Origin: Pseudomonadota bacterium | GTDB lineage: Bacteria > Desulfobacterota > Desulfobulbia > Desulfobulbales > Desulfurivibrionaceae | Direction: 5' to 3' | DNA length: 64,000 nucleotides | Assembly: GCA_018830485.1 (NCBI GenBank) | Contig: JAHJRQ010000002.1 | Location: forward strand, 13,211 to 77,210 | Shown: piece after piece, positions 11,007-19,566 of the stretch | Position numbering within the stretch: position 1 is the first letter of the stretch | Layout of the letters: each line of letters begins with the position of its first letter | Program-made: the position numbers and the translations under genes | The notes under the pieces: generated by a model | Seen by the model: the letters and a program-made list of their open reading frames with translations, nothing else | Told to the model about the DNA's origin: nothing | The model's database searches: none

Positions 11007-12248
11007 TCAGTTCAGTTCTATGCGGTACTCGTCCTTGTGGCGCAGTCCGACCATGAGAGTGAGGTATTCGCGGAGATGCCTGGTCAAGAGGAAATTTTCC
11101 CGGGCATACTCCTTGCCTTTGATCCCCATCTCCTGCATCCGCGTTTTCTGCCGCAGGAGGTAGCGGATGCGCAGGGCCGCCCCTTCCGGGGTGTGCACCA
11201 GAAAACCGGTGTGGTAGTTGATGACCTGCAGCCGGATGCCGCCAGTGTCGCCGCCGATCACCGGCTTGCTCTTCCACATGGCCTCAGTAACCGTGAGCCC
11301 GAAACCCTCCTTGGTCGATTTTTGCAGGACGATATCCGCGGCCCGCTGCAGGGCGTTGATGGTGCGGTGGGCGTCCGGCGCCAGCAGAAGGATGTGGACA
11401 TCCGGATCGTTGTTTGCCATCTCCCGTGCCTCGGCGAGGACGATGTCCCCTTCCGGGTCGTCGCTGGCCCCGCCGCCGGCAAGAACCAGCTGCAGGCTGG
11501 GGATGAATTTTTTGGCCAGCCGGTAAGCCTGGATGACGCCCACCGGATCCTTGAAACGGTCGAAGCGGGAGACCTGCACCAGGAGGGGCCGGGCCGGATC
11601 AAGATCGAACTCGGCCCTGACGCGGTTCACCTCCTCTTGCGACAGCTCGATATTTTTGTCGCTCAAGGGATCGATGCTGGGCGGGATGATGTATTGCGGA
11701 TGCTGCAGCGGCTGGGCAAAGGCCGGCAGGGAGAAGATGCTGGCATCGTACCGGTCCACCATTTTGCGCAGATATTTCCACACCGGGCGGTAGGGGTGGC
11801 TGGCATCAATGTGGCAGCGCCAGACCCATTTCCCGCGACGGTTCGGACAATGGGCGAGAAGGCCGGCAGGTTGCGGGTCGTGGATAAAAACGAAATCCGC
11901 CTCGGAAAGTTTTTCCCGCAGGATTTCGGCGTTGGCTTCATTGGCCTGCTCGTAAGCGGCCAGAAGGGCGGCGTTGATTTGCACCCGGTTGCCTTGCAGT
12001 CCATTGTGCATGGACTTGGTGCACTGGTAGAATTCCTCTCCCCCGCTAATCACCTCCCAGCTGGTATCAAGACCCAGTTCGTTGGAAAGCGGCGCTAATT
12101 TTTCCAGAATCTCGGCCACCCCGCCTCCGATCCGGGTGGAGTTGACATGGACAACCTTTGTGCCGCGCAAGGATTCCGCCAGCTGACGGAGATGATCGAT
12201 AACATCGGGACCGGTTATGGCGGCATAGGATTCGAGCAGGCTGCTCAT
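11007..12248 (-). CDS. treT: trehalose glycosyltransferring synthase (TreT-type GT4)
   Basis: 413 aa. [52 protein letters not shown] and [18 protein letters not shown] match archaeal TreT sequences as I remember them. Confidence 0.75.
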   Translation of the reverse strand: MSSLLESYAAITGPDVIDHLRQLAESLRGTKVVHVNSTRIGGGVAEILEKLAPLSNELGLDTSWEVISGGEEFYQCTKSMHNGLQGNRVQINAALLAAYEQANEANAEILREKLSEADFVFIHDPQPAGLLAHCPNRRGKWVWRCHIDASHPYRPVWKYLRKMVDRYDASIFSLPAFAQPLQHPQYIIPPSIDPLSDKNIELSQEEVNRVRAEFDLDPARPLLVQVSRFDRFKDPVGVIQAYRLAKKFIPSLQLVLAGGGASDDPEGDIVLAEAREMANNDPDVHILLLAPDAHRTINALQRAADIVLQKSTKEGFGLTVTEAMWKSKPVIGGDTGGIRLQVINYHTGFLVHTPEGAALRIRYLLRQKTRMQEMGIKGKEYARENFLLTRHLREYLTLMVGLRHKDEYRIELN

Positions 12249-12916
12249 GCAACACCTCCCGCGAAATAGGCGCTGAAAAGTTCGGCCAGCTCCTGGCGGA
12301 TCTGACTGAGGCTGGAAAAGAAGGGATCGATGGCGGCCAGCTTCGCACAGAGGTCCTGGTATTCCGCCCCGTAGCCGGTCAGCCAGAAACGGAAATCGTC
12401 GCTGCTTTCCGGCATCCGGCTGCGGGCATCGATGAAATGGTAGAAGATGCTGCTGGTGGACATCTTGGGGATCTGCTCGGCCAGGTCGGCGGGTTTTTCC
12501 AGACGGCGGTGGGTGTCAAAAACCACCAGTTGGCCGCGGAGGAACTCGAACTGCCTGGCCGCAGGCATCCAGTGTGCGTTTTCACTTTGCTCCAGACACT
12601 CTTCGATGATCTCCAGGAGTTCCTGCCGGATCGCCTCCACGTTTTCGGCCTCCCCGGGATCGATGGCGGCCAACCGTTCGGCCAGTTCGGGTTCGCGCAG
12701 GCTGTGGCGGACCCAGCCGGCGAAATCGTTGTGGAATTCGCGCTCCTCAAAGCGGGGGACCAGGAGGCCGCCCCAGAAATGGTGGTAGATGCTGGCCGTG
12801 TTGACCAACTGCAGATTGTCCCGCAGTTCGGCAAGATTTACGGCCTTCCGACCGGTGGCGATGGTGATTAGTGCGCAATCCTTGACGGCAAAGAAGAGGG
12901 CTTTTTCCTTTTCCAT
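12245..12916 (-). CDS. conserved hypothetical protein made of two tandem ~105-aa repeats (possibly DUF5752-like), translationally coupled to treT
   Basis: Start set at MEKEK (ATG 12916), preceded by AAGAGG. Its stop overlaps the treT ATG (ATGA). Both halves share S.SI(Y/F)(H/Y)HF ... DF..W ... L...LAAIDP ... IRQEL.E. Confidence 0.6.
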   Translation of the reverse strand: MEKEKALFFAVKDCALITIATGRKAVNLAELRDNLQLVNTASIYHHFWGGLLVPRFEEREFHNDFAGWVRHSLREPELAERLAAIDPGEAENVEAIRQELLEIIEECLEQSENAHWMPAARQFEFLRGQLVVFDTHRRLEKPADLAEQIPKMSTSSIFYHFIDARSRMPESSDDFRFWLTGYGAEYQDLCAKLAAIDPFFSSLSQIRQELAELFSAYFAGGVA

Positions 12917-13001
12917 AGTTGTGCCTCTTGTTGGGGTGGGCACTCACAAGTGGAGTGAAACGGAGGGGAAAATCGACTAGTTCCTTCTTCAGCACTTTTT
13001 T

Positions 13002-13031
13002 AGTATCCCAGGAAGTGTTTTTCCTTGTCAA
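13002..13031 (-). promoter_or_regulatory. possible sigma-70 promoter of the trehalose operon (TTGACA-N18-GATACT)
   Basis: The minus-strand sequence has a perfect -35 and a 4/6 -10, about 85 nt upstream of ATG 12916. Confidence 0.3.
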
Positions 13032-13172
13032 GGAAAAGGCTGGGTTTATTAAGTGTAGGCGCAGTCATGGAAATGTTTCAATGCGGGATCTCGACAATTT
13101 TTTTAGCATATCCTAGTGTGGGCAATGTCCTTCTTTTTGCAGATAGCGAGGGTTTTTTGAGTAGATAGTTAT

Positions 13173-13208
13173 AAAAAAGGCCCTGCCGGAGATGGTTCCG
13201 GCAGGGCC
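13173..13208 (-). terminator. rho-independent terminator after the rhodanese gene
   Basis: 12-bp GC-rich stem GGCCCTGCCGGA/TCCGGCAGGGCC with a 6-nt loop, followed on the minus strand by TTTTTTAT. It lies about 55 nt after the stop at 13263. Confidence 0.8.
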
Positions 13209-13262
13209 TCGCACTGCAAAACAACTGCGGGGTAGCAGTTGTTTCTTAAGGAGCAGGGGGGA

Positions 13263-14582
13263 TTATTCGCTGATCACACAATCGCTTCCTGAGCATTCCA
13301 CATCGGAAAGCAGGAAGCGGCTCTTGAAGCCCGCTTTGTCCAGAGCGGCTCTGGCCATTTCCGCCCGGGCTCCGGTGGTGCAATGGATCAGTATCTCCTT
13401 GTCCTTGGGCAGTTCGCCGATCCGCTTTTCGATCTCATCCAGCGGAATGGTCAAGGCATTCTTGAAGGAGCATTCCTTCACTTCATCCTTGGTGCGGACA
13501 TCCAAGATCACTTGGTTGGAGCTGCCTTCCAATGCCTTTTTGAACTCGGCTGCGCTGACCTCGTTCTTGCCAAGTTTCCTGGTCCAGGAGATGGAGGCAG
13601 GGGTGTGGCCGGTGGCCAGCTTGTTGCCCTTGTTCGTCCAGGATGTAACCCCGCCCGGCCAGATGGAGCCGGATTTGACGCCCCATTTTTTCATTATGTC
13701 ATAGCCCTGCTGCGCCTCAAGAAATGAGTTGGCATAGACCACGACAGGGGCTTTGAGCGGGAGAGCGTCCTCCTTTGCGGCCAGAGAGGCCAGGGGGATG
13801 TTGTGCGCCCTAGGAATATGGCCCGCTTCGTATTCTTCCTTGGAGCGCAGATCCACCAGGACGATGTTGTCGGTTTTGACAAATTTTTCCGAGGCGGTGA
13901 CGCTCTTGCCGGCTTTTTTCCAGCCGGGGGTGCCTGCAAGGAATACGCGTACATCGGTGTGACCCATTTTTTTCGCCAGACCGGCGGATTTAGGGCTCAT
14001 GCCTCACGTGAAGCCCCCGCAATAGAAGATCAGGGTGGTCTTCTTCAGGCGGGCGTCGGCGGGCAGGTGGGCGTCGCCGGTTTCCATATGCACCGTGTCG
14101 GGAAGCGAGATGGCTGTGGGGATGTGTCCCTCGTGGTAGCGGGCGGCAGGACGGGAATCGATCAGCACATAATTGCCCTCTTCCGGGCCCATGGCAATGA
14201 GCTTGGCAAGCTCATCGACCTTCATCTCCGTTACTCCCGGCGGGAGAGTGGCGAGCTTGGGCTCGACGGAGGTGGCGAAGCGGTCAGCCCCGCGCAGTTC
14301 AAACTTGACGATCGCGGCCTCGCCTTCAACGGCGTGTTCCAGACCCTTGGTTGTGTCGTCGAATTTGAGGAATTCGTTCTTGCCCTTCACCTCGATGGAG
14401 ATGGTTTTGGCCTTGTTGGATTTGCCGGTGATCTTGCCGGTAAAGGCGTTGGCCTCCTGGGCTGCTGCCTGCGGGGCATGGCCGGCGGCAAAGGCCGGCG
14501 AGCCGGAAAGGCTCGGGCCGCCCGCGAGAAGCCCGGTAATGAGCAGGAACGGAATCCATCTGCGTAACGGTTTGTTGTGCAT
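13263..14582 (-). CDS. exported three-rhodanese-domain sulfurtransferase with an in-frame TGA (14004..14006), read here as candidate selenocysteine
   Basis: ATG 14582 is preceded by GGAGA, and the signal peptide is MHNKPLRRWIPFLLITGLLAGGPSLSGSPAFA. ORFs 14004..14870 and 13263..14000 share a frame and are separated only by TGA-GGC. The stop cuts rhodanese domain 1 inside its catalytic loop (LIFYCGGFT-TGA-GMSPKSAGLAKKMGH...GTPGWKKAG). Domain 2 lacks Cys. Domain 3 has the canonical HCTTGARA. Confidence 0.6.
13974..13986 (-). promoter_or_regulatory. SECIS-like hairpin apex downstream of the in-frame UGA
   Basis: The mRNA reads UGA GGC AUG AGC CCU AAA UCC GCC GGU CUG GCG. CGCC/GGCG forms a stem with a GGUCU loop. 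The GGUC starts 25 nt from the U of UGA, and a possible CCC...GGG lower stem flanks it. Confidence 0.4.
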
Positions 14583-14608
14583 AATCGTTCTCCTTGAAAT
14601 AATGATGA

Positions 14609-15070
14609 TTATCCGGGTTGGTTCGTGGGGCATTCGGTACTGGGTATCTCTGGTTTCCTCCCTGGTTGGTGTCCGTCTTGTTGTTTCAGTCGGTCCAGAG
14701 CCTCTTGCACACTCCGGAGCAGGGTTGCCGGTTCGAATGGCTTGGTGATGCAGGCCAGGCAGCCGTGTTTTTTTAAGGCATCGCCCGTTGTCTCGCGGAT
14801 ATCTTCCGCCAGGACGAGATAGGGGATGGCAATGGCGCTTCCGGACAGGGCATGCATGAAGGCGGCGCATGCCTCCGGCGAGGCCGAATCGAGATCAACG
14901 ATCAGCAAATCAACGGGATCCCGGGTGCAGGCCAAGGTCTTGAGCAGCGCAACGGCTGCCTCCGTGTTTTCCGCAAGGCTGACGCGGTAGTCCGCCTGTT
15001 TGAGCATGAGGCCGAGGCTGTGCTGCAGATTGAGCCTGTTTTCCGTGAGAAGGATGTGTTGTGTGGCCAT
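14609..15070 (-). CDS. stand-alone response-regulator receiver domain protein (partly degenerate acidic pocket)
   Basis: Start set at MATQH (GGAG 4 nt upstream). LLIVDLD phospho-acceptor and KPF lysine are present. The N-terminal acidic pair is replaced by TE, and the conserved T/S position is Ala. Confidence 0.7.
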   Translation of the reverse strand: MATQHILLTENRLNLQHSLGLMLKQADYRVSLAENTEAAVALLKTLACTRDPVDLLIVDLDSASPEACAAFMHALSGSAIAIPYLVLAEDIRETTGDALKKHGCLACITKPFEPATLLRSVQEALDRLKQQDGHQPGRKPEIPSTECPTNQPG

Positions 15071-15135
15071 GCGCTCCACAGTGTAAAATTGTTTTGCTCC
15101 CAAAAAGGGGCTTGCAATGCTTTGTGTAAGTAGAA

Positions 15136-15150
15136 GCAAGATAAGTGCCA
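15136..15150 (-). promoter_or_regulatory. sigma-54 (-24/-12) promoter: TGGCAC-TTATC-TTGC
   Basis: The reverse complement of gcaagataagtgcca is TGGCACTTATCTTGC, with exact GG-N10-GC spacing. It lies about 65 nt upstream of the receiver gene start and directly downstream of a sigma-54 activator gene. Confidence 0.7.
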
Positions 15151-15299
15151 GGGGTGGTGTTTTTGTGATATCTCTTTGGAATTATTCAGAATACTGTTTT
15201 CATCTGGCAGGGGATTGCGGACAATGGGGTGCAAGTAAATTTGCGCTGAAGAACTGAGTGCAGAGTGCTGAGAGCTGGGTGCTGACGGCGGCTATTTCC

Positions 15300-16721
15300 T
15301 CACTCACCCCGGTCCGCCTGTTTGAGTCGCCAGTTGAGGGCCTGACGGGTAATGCCGAGCATCTCCGCGGCAATGGCCTGATTGCCGTTGGCCCGGTTCA
15401 GCGCCTCCAGCACCAGGAGGTAGCTCGCCTCCTTGATGGAGGGGAGATGCGGGAGATCGGCAAACGGGGTCCTGGTTTCCGGGTGTTTTTTGACCTCCTC
15501 TTCCAGGTTGGGTCTTCTGAGCCGGAGGTAGTCCTTGAAGGCATCCATGGACAGGGTGCGATTCTTGTGGGTGCTCATGGCGTCAAAGACCATGTTCTGG
15601 AGCTCCCGGATATTGCCGGGGAAATCATAGGTGCCCAGCAGGGTGATCAGCTCCTTGGGAAAGCCTGGTTTTTTCTTATTGAGCCGGACCGCACCCTCCT
15701 CGAAGAAATGATCGACCAGCAGGGGCAGGTCGTCGAGCCTTTCCCTTAAGGGAGGGATATGGATGCGGTGGGCATGGAGCCGGTAGTAGAGGTCCTTGCG
15801 GAAACCGCCGTTTTCCTGCATCTCCTGGAGGTTCTGGTGGGTGGCGAAGATCATCCGGCAATCGGTGCGTTTGGGGATGTCCGAACCCAGGGGCAAAAAC
15901 TCCCGCTCCTGAAGGAGGCGGAGCAGCTTGGTTTGCGAAAGCTGGGAAAGGTCGCCGATTTCATCCAAAAACAGGGTGCCCCCCGCGGCCTGCTCGATGA
16001 GCCCCCTCCGGGTCTGGTCCGCCCCGGTGAAGGCCCCCTTCTTGTGGCCGAACAGCGTGTCGGAGAACATGGTGTCGTCGAGGCCCGCCACATTGACCGG
16101 GACAAACTCGCCTTTGCGGTTGCTCAACACATGCAGGGCCTGGGCGATGAGCTCCTTGCCCACCCCGGTTTCGCCGGAGATCAGCACCGGCTCGCTGGTG
16201 TCGGCAATGGATTCCATGTACTGAAAGATGGAGCGCATCCTCTTGTTGTGGGTGGTGATCCGGCTGAAGGCCTCGGGGCGGTCCAGCTTGTCCTTGAGGA
16301 AATGTTCCTTGAGCAGGTCGTTTTCCTGGCGCAACCGGCTCAGGTCGACGGCCCGTCGCACCCCGGCAATGAGGCGGGTCTCCTCGCTGACCTTGGTGTA
16401 GTAGTCGAAGGCCCCGAGTTTCATGCACCGCACCGCGGTGTCCACCAGATCGAGGCCGGTGATGATGATCACCGGGATCTGCGGGTGCTCGCGCACGATC
16501 CGGGGCAGCAATTCTTCTCCCGGAAGGTGGGGCATGGTGAGATCCAGGACGATCACCCCGATCTCCTCGTTGGCCAAAATCTCCATGACCTTGCTGCTGT
16601 CGGCGCAGCAGCGGATATTGCTCAAGCCCACGGAGCGCAGGGTCAGGCTGAAGCTGTGCAGCCAGGCCTCTTCATCGTCAACCAGCAGGATGGGCCGAAC
16701 CGGGGAGAGCTGTTTATCCAT
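15300..16721 (-). CDS. sigma-54-dependent response regulator (NtrC family: REC + AAA+ + Fis-type HTH)
   Basis: 473 aa. ILLVDDE...VLDL.MP receiver, Walker A GETGVGKE, GAFTGA sigma-54 contact loop, FLDEIGDL, RLN and R-finger region, and a C-terminal GNQ..AA.MLGI.RQAL..RLK HTH. Confidence 0.92.
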   Translation of the reverse strand: MDKQLSPVRPILLVDDEEAWLHSFSLTLRSVGLSNIRCCADSSKVMEILANEEIGVIVLDLTMPHLPGEELLPRIVREHPQIPVIIITGLDLVDTAVRCMKLGAFDYYTKVSEETRLIAGVRRAVDLSRLRQENDLLKEHFLKDKLDRPEAFSRITTHNKRMRSIFQYMESIADTSEPVLISGETGVGKELIAQALHVLSNRKGEFVPVNVAGLDDTMFSDTLFGHKKGAFTGADQTRRGLIEQAAGGTLFLDEIGDLSQLSQTKLLRLLQEREFLPLGSDIPKRTDCRMIFATHQNLQEMQENGGFRKDLYYRLHAHRIHIPPLRERLDDLPLLVDHFFEEGAVRLNKKKPGFPKELITLLGTYDFPGNIRELQNMVFDAMSTHKNRTLSMDAFKDYLRLRRPNLEEEVKKHPETRTPFADLPHLPSIKEASYLLVLEALNRANGNQAIAAEMLGITRQALNWRLKQADRGE

Positions 16722-16800
16722 GGGAAAAAATCCTCCTGAAATTTCCTGCCGAGCGGAGGGCTGGGCGAGCTGCTTACCCTACCCGGCTTGCGCCATTTTG

Positions 16801-19140
16801 TCACCCGGCTTTGGGGGGGGGCGGTGCCGATGCTTTCTCCCGCCAGACCGGAAAGGAGAGAGTCGCGGTGGTGCCTGCTTCCGGGCTTGAGGCAAAGCGC
16901 AGTCTGCCCTGGTGCTCCTTGATGATCCCGGCGGAAACCGAGAGGCCGAGGCCGGTGCCGCCATATGAACGCTTGGTGGTGAAGAAGGGGTCGGTTATCT
17001 GATTGATGATCTCTTGGGCGATGCCGGTGCCCTGATCGTGGACGCGCACCTCCACTTCGTCGTTGTCCGCGTCATGGCGGGAGGCGATGGATATGGCCGC
17101 CTCCGGATTGGTCAGGGCCTCGCAACTGTTCTGAATCAGGTTGATCAGTACCTGCTCCAGCCGCTGCCTGTTGCCCCGGATGGGCGGCAGGTTGGGTGCC
17201 AGATCGGTGCTGAATTTCCGGGTGGCGTTTTTGATTTTGTTGTGGTTGAGGCGCACCGCCGCTTTGGCGATCTCGTTGATCTCCACCGGTTCCATGTGGC
17301 GGCTGGTGTCCTGGCGGGCGTAATCCTTGAGATCATGGACAATATTCTTGATCCGCCGGGCGCTTTCCTCCAGTTCGAGGAAAAGGCGGGGGATCTGCTC
17401 GCACATCTCGCTGTATTGCAGCCCGGCAATGAGAAAGTCGCCGTGTTCGCGGTAGTATTCGTCGAGGATCGGCTTGGCGCTTTCCCAGGCCTTGAAGAGC
17501 ATGGAGGTGTTCAGCATGGCGATGCTGTTGGGGTTGTTGATCTCATGGGCCACCCCGGAGATGAGCACCCCCAGCGAGATCATCTTGTCCGCCTGGACCA
17601 ACTGCTGCTGCTGGAGCCTGGTTTCATCCTCGGCCCGCCTGCGTTCGGTGATGTCCCGGATGATCCAGATGGAGTTCCACTTATCCTTGATCCGGGCCTC
17701 GGAAAGCGAAAGCTCGATGGGCAGTTCCGAACCGTCCTTGCGTCTGGTGATCAGCTCGATGGTTTCGCGGATGGGCCCGTCGCTCATCGGCTTATCCGCG
17801 ACGGCGTCCCGCTGGCCGTATTCGGAAAGACGCGGGGAAATCAGGGTGTGGATCGGCTTGCCCAGGGCCTCGGCGGCGGAAAAGCCGAAGATCTCGGCGG
17901 CGGCCTCGTTCCAGTAGGAAATATTGCCGTGGTGGTCCATCATGGCGATGGCGTCCTGGGCGGAGGCGGTGAGGTTTCTGAACTTGTCCTCGCTCTGGCG
18001 CAGGTCGGCTTCCGCCTCCTGCTGCCGGGTGCGGGTGATCGCATAGCGGCTGGCCAGGGTGGTGAGCTCCTCGGCCAGGTTGACCACCTCGCGGGGGCCG
18101 GTCCAATTGAATTGCACGTTTTCCTGCCCCTTGTTCAGAATGGAGTCCAGGCCGGTGAGGATGGCGTCCTTGATCCGGTCGATTTTTTGGGCGATGGCGT
18201 TGGCAATGAGCGAAACGATGACCGCGATGGTGATTACGATCCCGACGATGTTATAAATCAGGGAAAGCTTCCATTCCCTGGCCGCGCTGCGATCCACCGG
18301 CGTGCCCAGCCACAGGGCCGGGGGAAGATTGTCGTTGAAAATGAGCGGCAGCCAGATAAGGCTTTGGCCGGAGCCGTTCTCCCAGACAAAGGGGCGGTTC
18401 TCCGCAAGATGGGAGGCAAGATCGGGGAAAAGGGCAAGGAGGTCGGCGCCGGGAGTGACCGGGTGCATCGGCTCCAGATCGGGAAAGGTGGCCGGGGCAT
18501 GGACAATGATGCCAGCGGGCGTTACCCGGCAGGCATCGACATGGGCATCGAGTAACAGATCCGGGGCAAGATCCAGGATGAGCACCCCGGCCGCGCCGTC
18601 CTCCGTTCCGGGAATCGGGGTCGCAAGACTCAGGCGGTTGGCGGCGGGATCGGCCTGATCCCCGGTCAGGAGCGTGTCGACCTCGGATGTTTTAAGCGCC
18701 AGCCCTTTCTGGAGGAGCTGGGATTGTGCTTCGGCATGTGCCGCTTCGGTGGGGGCGGCTTCCAGGGAATCGCTGTTTCTGCGGAGAGAAATCAGTTGGT
18801 TGCCCGAGGGATCGAGCAGACGAACGCCGAGGATCATCTTTTCCGTGTTCAACTGCCCCCGGAGCAACTCTGCAAGCCGTTGGCGACCGGCAGGGTCCAG
18901 GGAGGAGGGGGTGAGCCCGGCGCTCAAGGGGGTGGCGGCTGCCTGGAGGAGGCTTTTTTTGATGCATTTCACCCTGGCATTGAGGGAAACAAAGCTGCTT
19001 TCGGCAGCGGCGGCGGTCCGTTTTGTCTCCACTGTTTCGTGCTGGTTGATGTGGGCGCGGAGATTGACTCCCACCAGGCTGAGGATGGGCAGGATGCCAA
19101 GGGCAAGGAGGATGATGAAGATGATGGTCCGCAGTTTCAT
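16801..19140 (-). CDS. sensor histidine kinase (TM - ~300-aa extracytoplasmic domain - TM/HAMP - PAS - HisKA - HATPase)
   Basis: Start set at MKLRTIIFIILLALGILPIL. A second TM segment lies around LIYNIVGIVITIAVIVSLIANAI. PAS region (FRNLTASAQDAIAMMDHHGNISYWNEAA), H-box GVAHEINNP, N/G boxes (LINLIQNS, DQGTGI, GGTGLGLS). Confidence 0.85.
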   Translation of the reverse strand: MKLRTIIFIILLALGILPILSLVGVNLRAHINQHETVETKRTAAAAESSFVSLNARVKCIKKSLLQAAATPLSAGLTPSSLDPAGRQRLAELLRGQLNTEKMILGVRLLDPSGNQLISLRRNSDSLEAAPTEAAHAEAQSQLLQKGLALKTSEVDTLLTGDQADPAANRLSLATPIPGTEDGAAGVLILDLAPDLLLDAHVDACRVTPAGIIVHAPATFPDLEPMHPVTPGADLLALFPDLASHLAENRPFVWENGSGQSLIWLPLIFNDNLPPALWLGTPVDRSAAREWKLSLIYNIVGIVITIAVIVSLIANAIAQKIDRIKDAILTGLDSILNKGQENVQFNWTGPREVVNLAEELTTLASRYAITRTRQQEAEADLRQSEDKFRNLTASAQDAIAMMDHHGNISYWNEAAAEIFGFSAAEALGKPIHTLISPRLSEYGQRDAVADKPMSDGPIRETIELITRRKDGSELPIELSLSEARIKDKWNSIWIIRDITERRRAEDETRLQQQQLVQADKMISLGVLISGVAHEINNPNSIAMLNTSMLFKAWESAKPILDEYYREHGDFLIAGLQYSEMCEQIPRLFLELEESARRIKNIVHDLKDYARQDTSRHMEPVEINEIAKAAVRLNHNKIKNATRKFSTDLAPNLPPIRGNRQRLEQVLINLIQNSCEALTNPEAAISIASRHDADNDEVEVRVHDQGTGIAQEIINQITDPFFTTKRSYGGTGLGLSVSAGIIKEHQGRLRFASSPEAGTTATLSFPVWREKASAPPPPKAG

Positions 19141-19232
19141 GGGAGGCCTTGGCTCTGGTTTTTGTTGCGTAACGGGCGTTGCCCTGTTTTTCTGAGAGAA
19201 AGCGAGGCATTCTTCAACGGAGGGATAGTAGC

Positions 19233-19493
19233 ATGAAAGACATTTTGATTGCAATCACCGGGGCGGACCTTGATTTTGAAACGGCCCGGAGCATGGCGAA
19301 AATCATTGCCCGGCAAGAGAACGCTGAAACCGATTGCCTGGCCTGGTCCGATGCGCGCCGGCAAAGCCATTCTCCGGGCTGCGTGCAGTGCGAGATCAAG
19401 GGGAAGCCGGGATGGGAGGTGTATGGCGAGAATCATGGCGGGCGGCTGAAGATCATCTTCAACGACAGGGAATATGTGTTCATCCATAGCTAG
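19233..19493 (+). CDS. small conserved hypothetical protein (86 aa) with a CxxC motif
   Basis: ATG 19233 is preceded by GGAGGGA. It is followed by a clean terminator and is divergent from the kinase gene. I recognise no family. Confidence 0.45.
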   Translation: MKDILIAITGADLDFETARSMAKIIARQENAETDCLAWSDARRQSHSPGCVQCEIKGKPGWEVYGENHGGRLKIIFNDREYVFIHS

Positions 19494-19501
19494 CAGGATG
19501 T

Positions 19502-19527
19502 AAAAAAAAGCCGTCCTGGCTTTTTTT
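19502..19527 (+). terminator. rho-independent (potentially bidirectional) terminator
   Basis: AAAAAAAAGCC-GTCCT-GGCTTTTTTT, 9 nt after the stop at 19493. Confidence 0.7.
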
Positions 19528-19566
19528 ACCACGCTCGGCCAGAAGTGAATTCTGTTTGATCTCACG

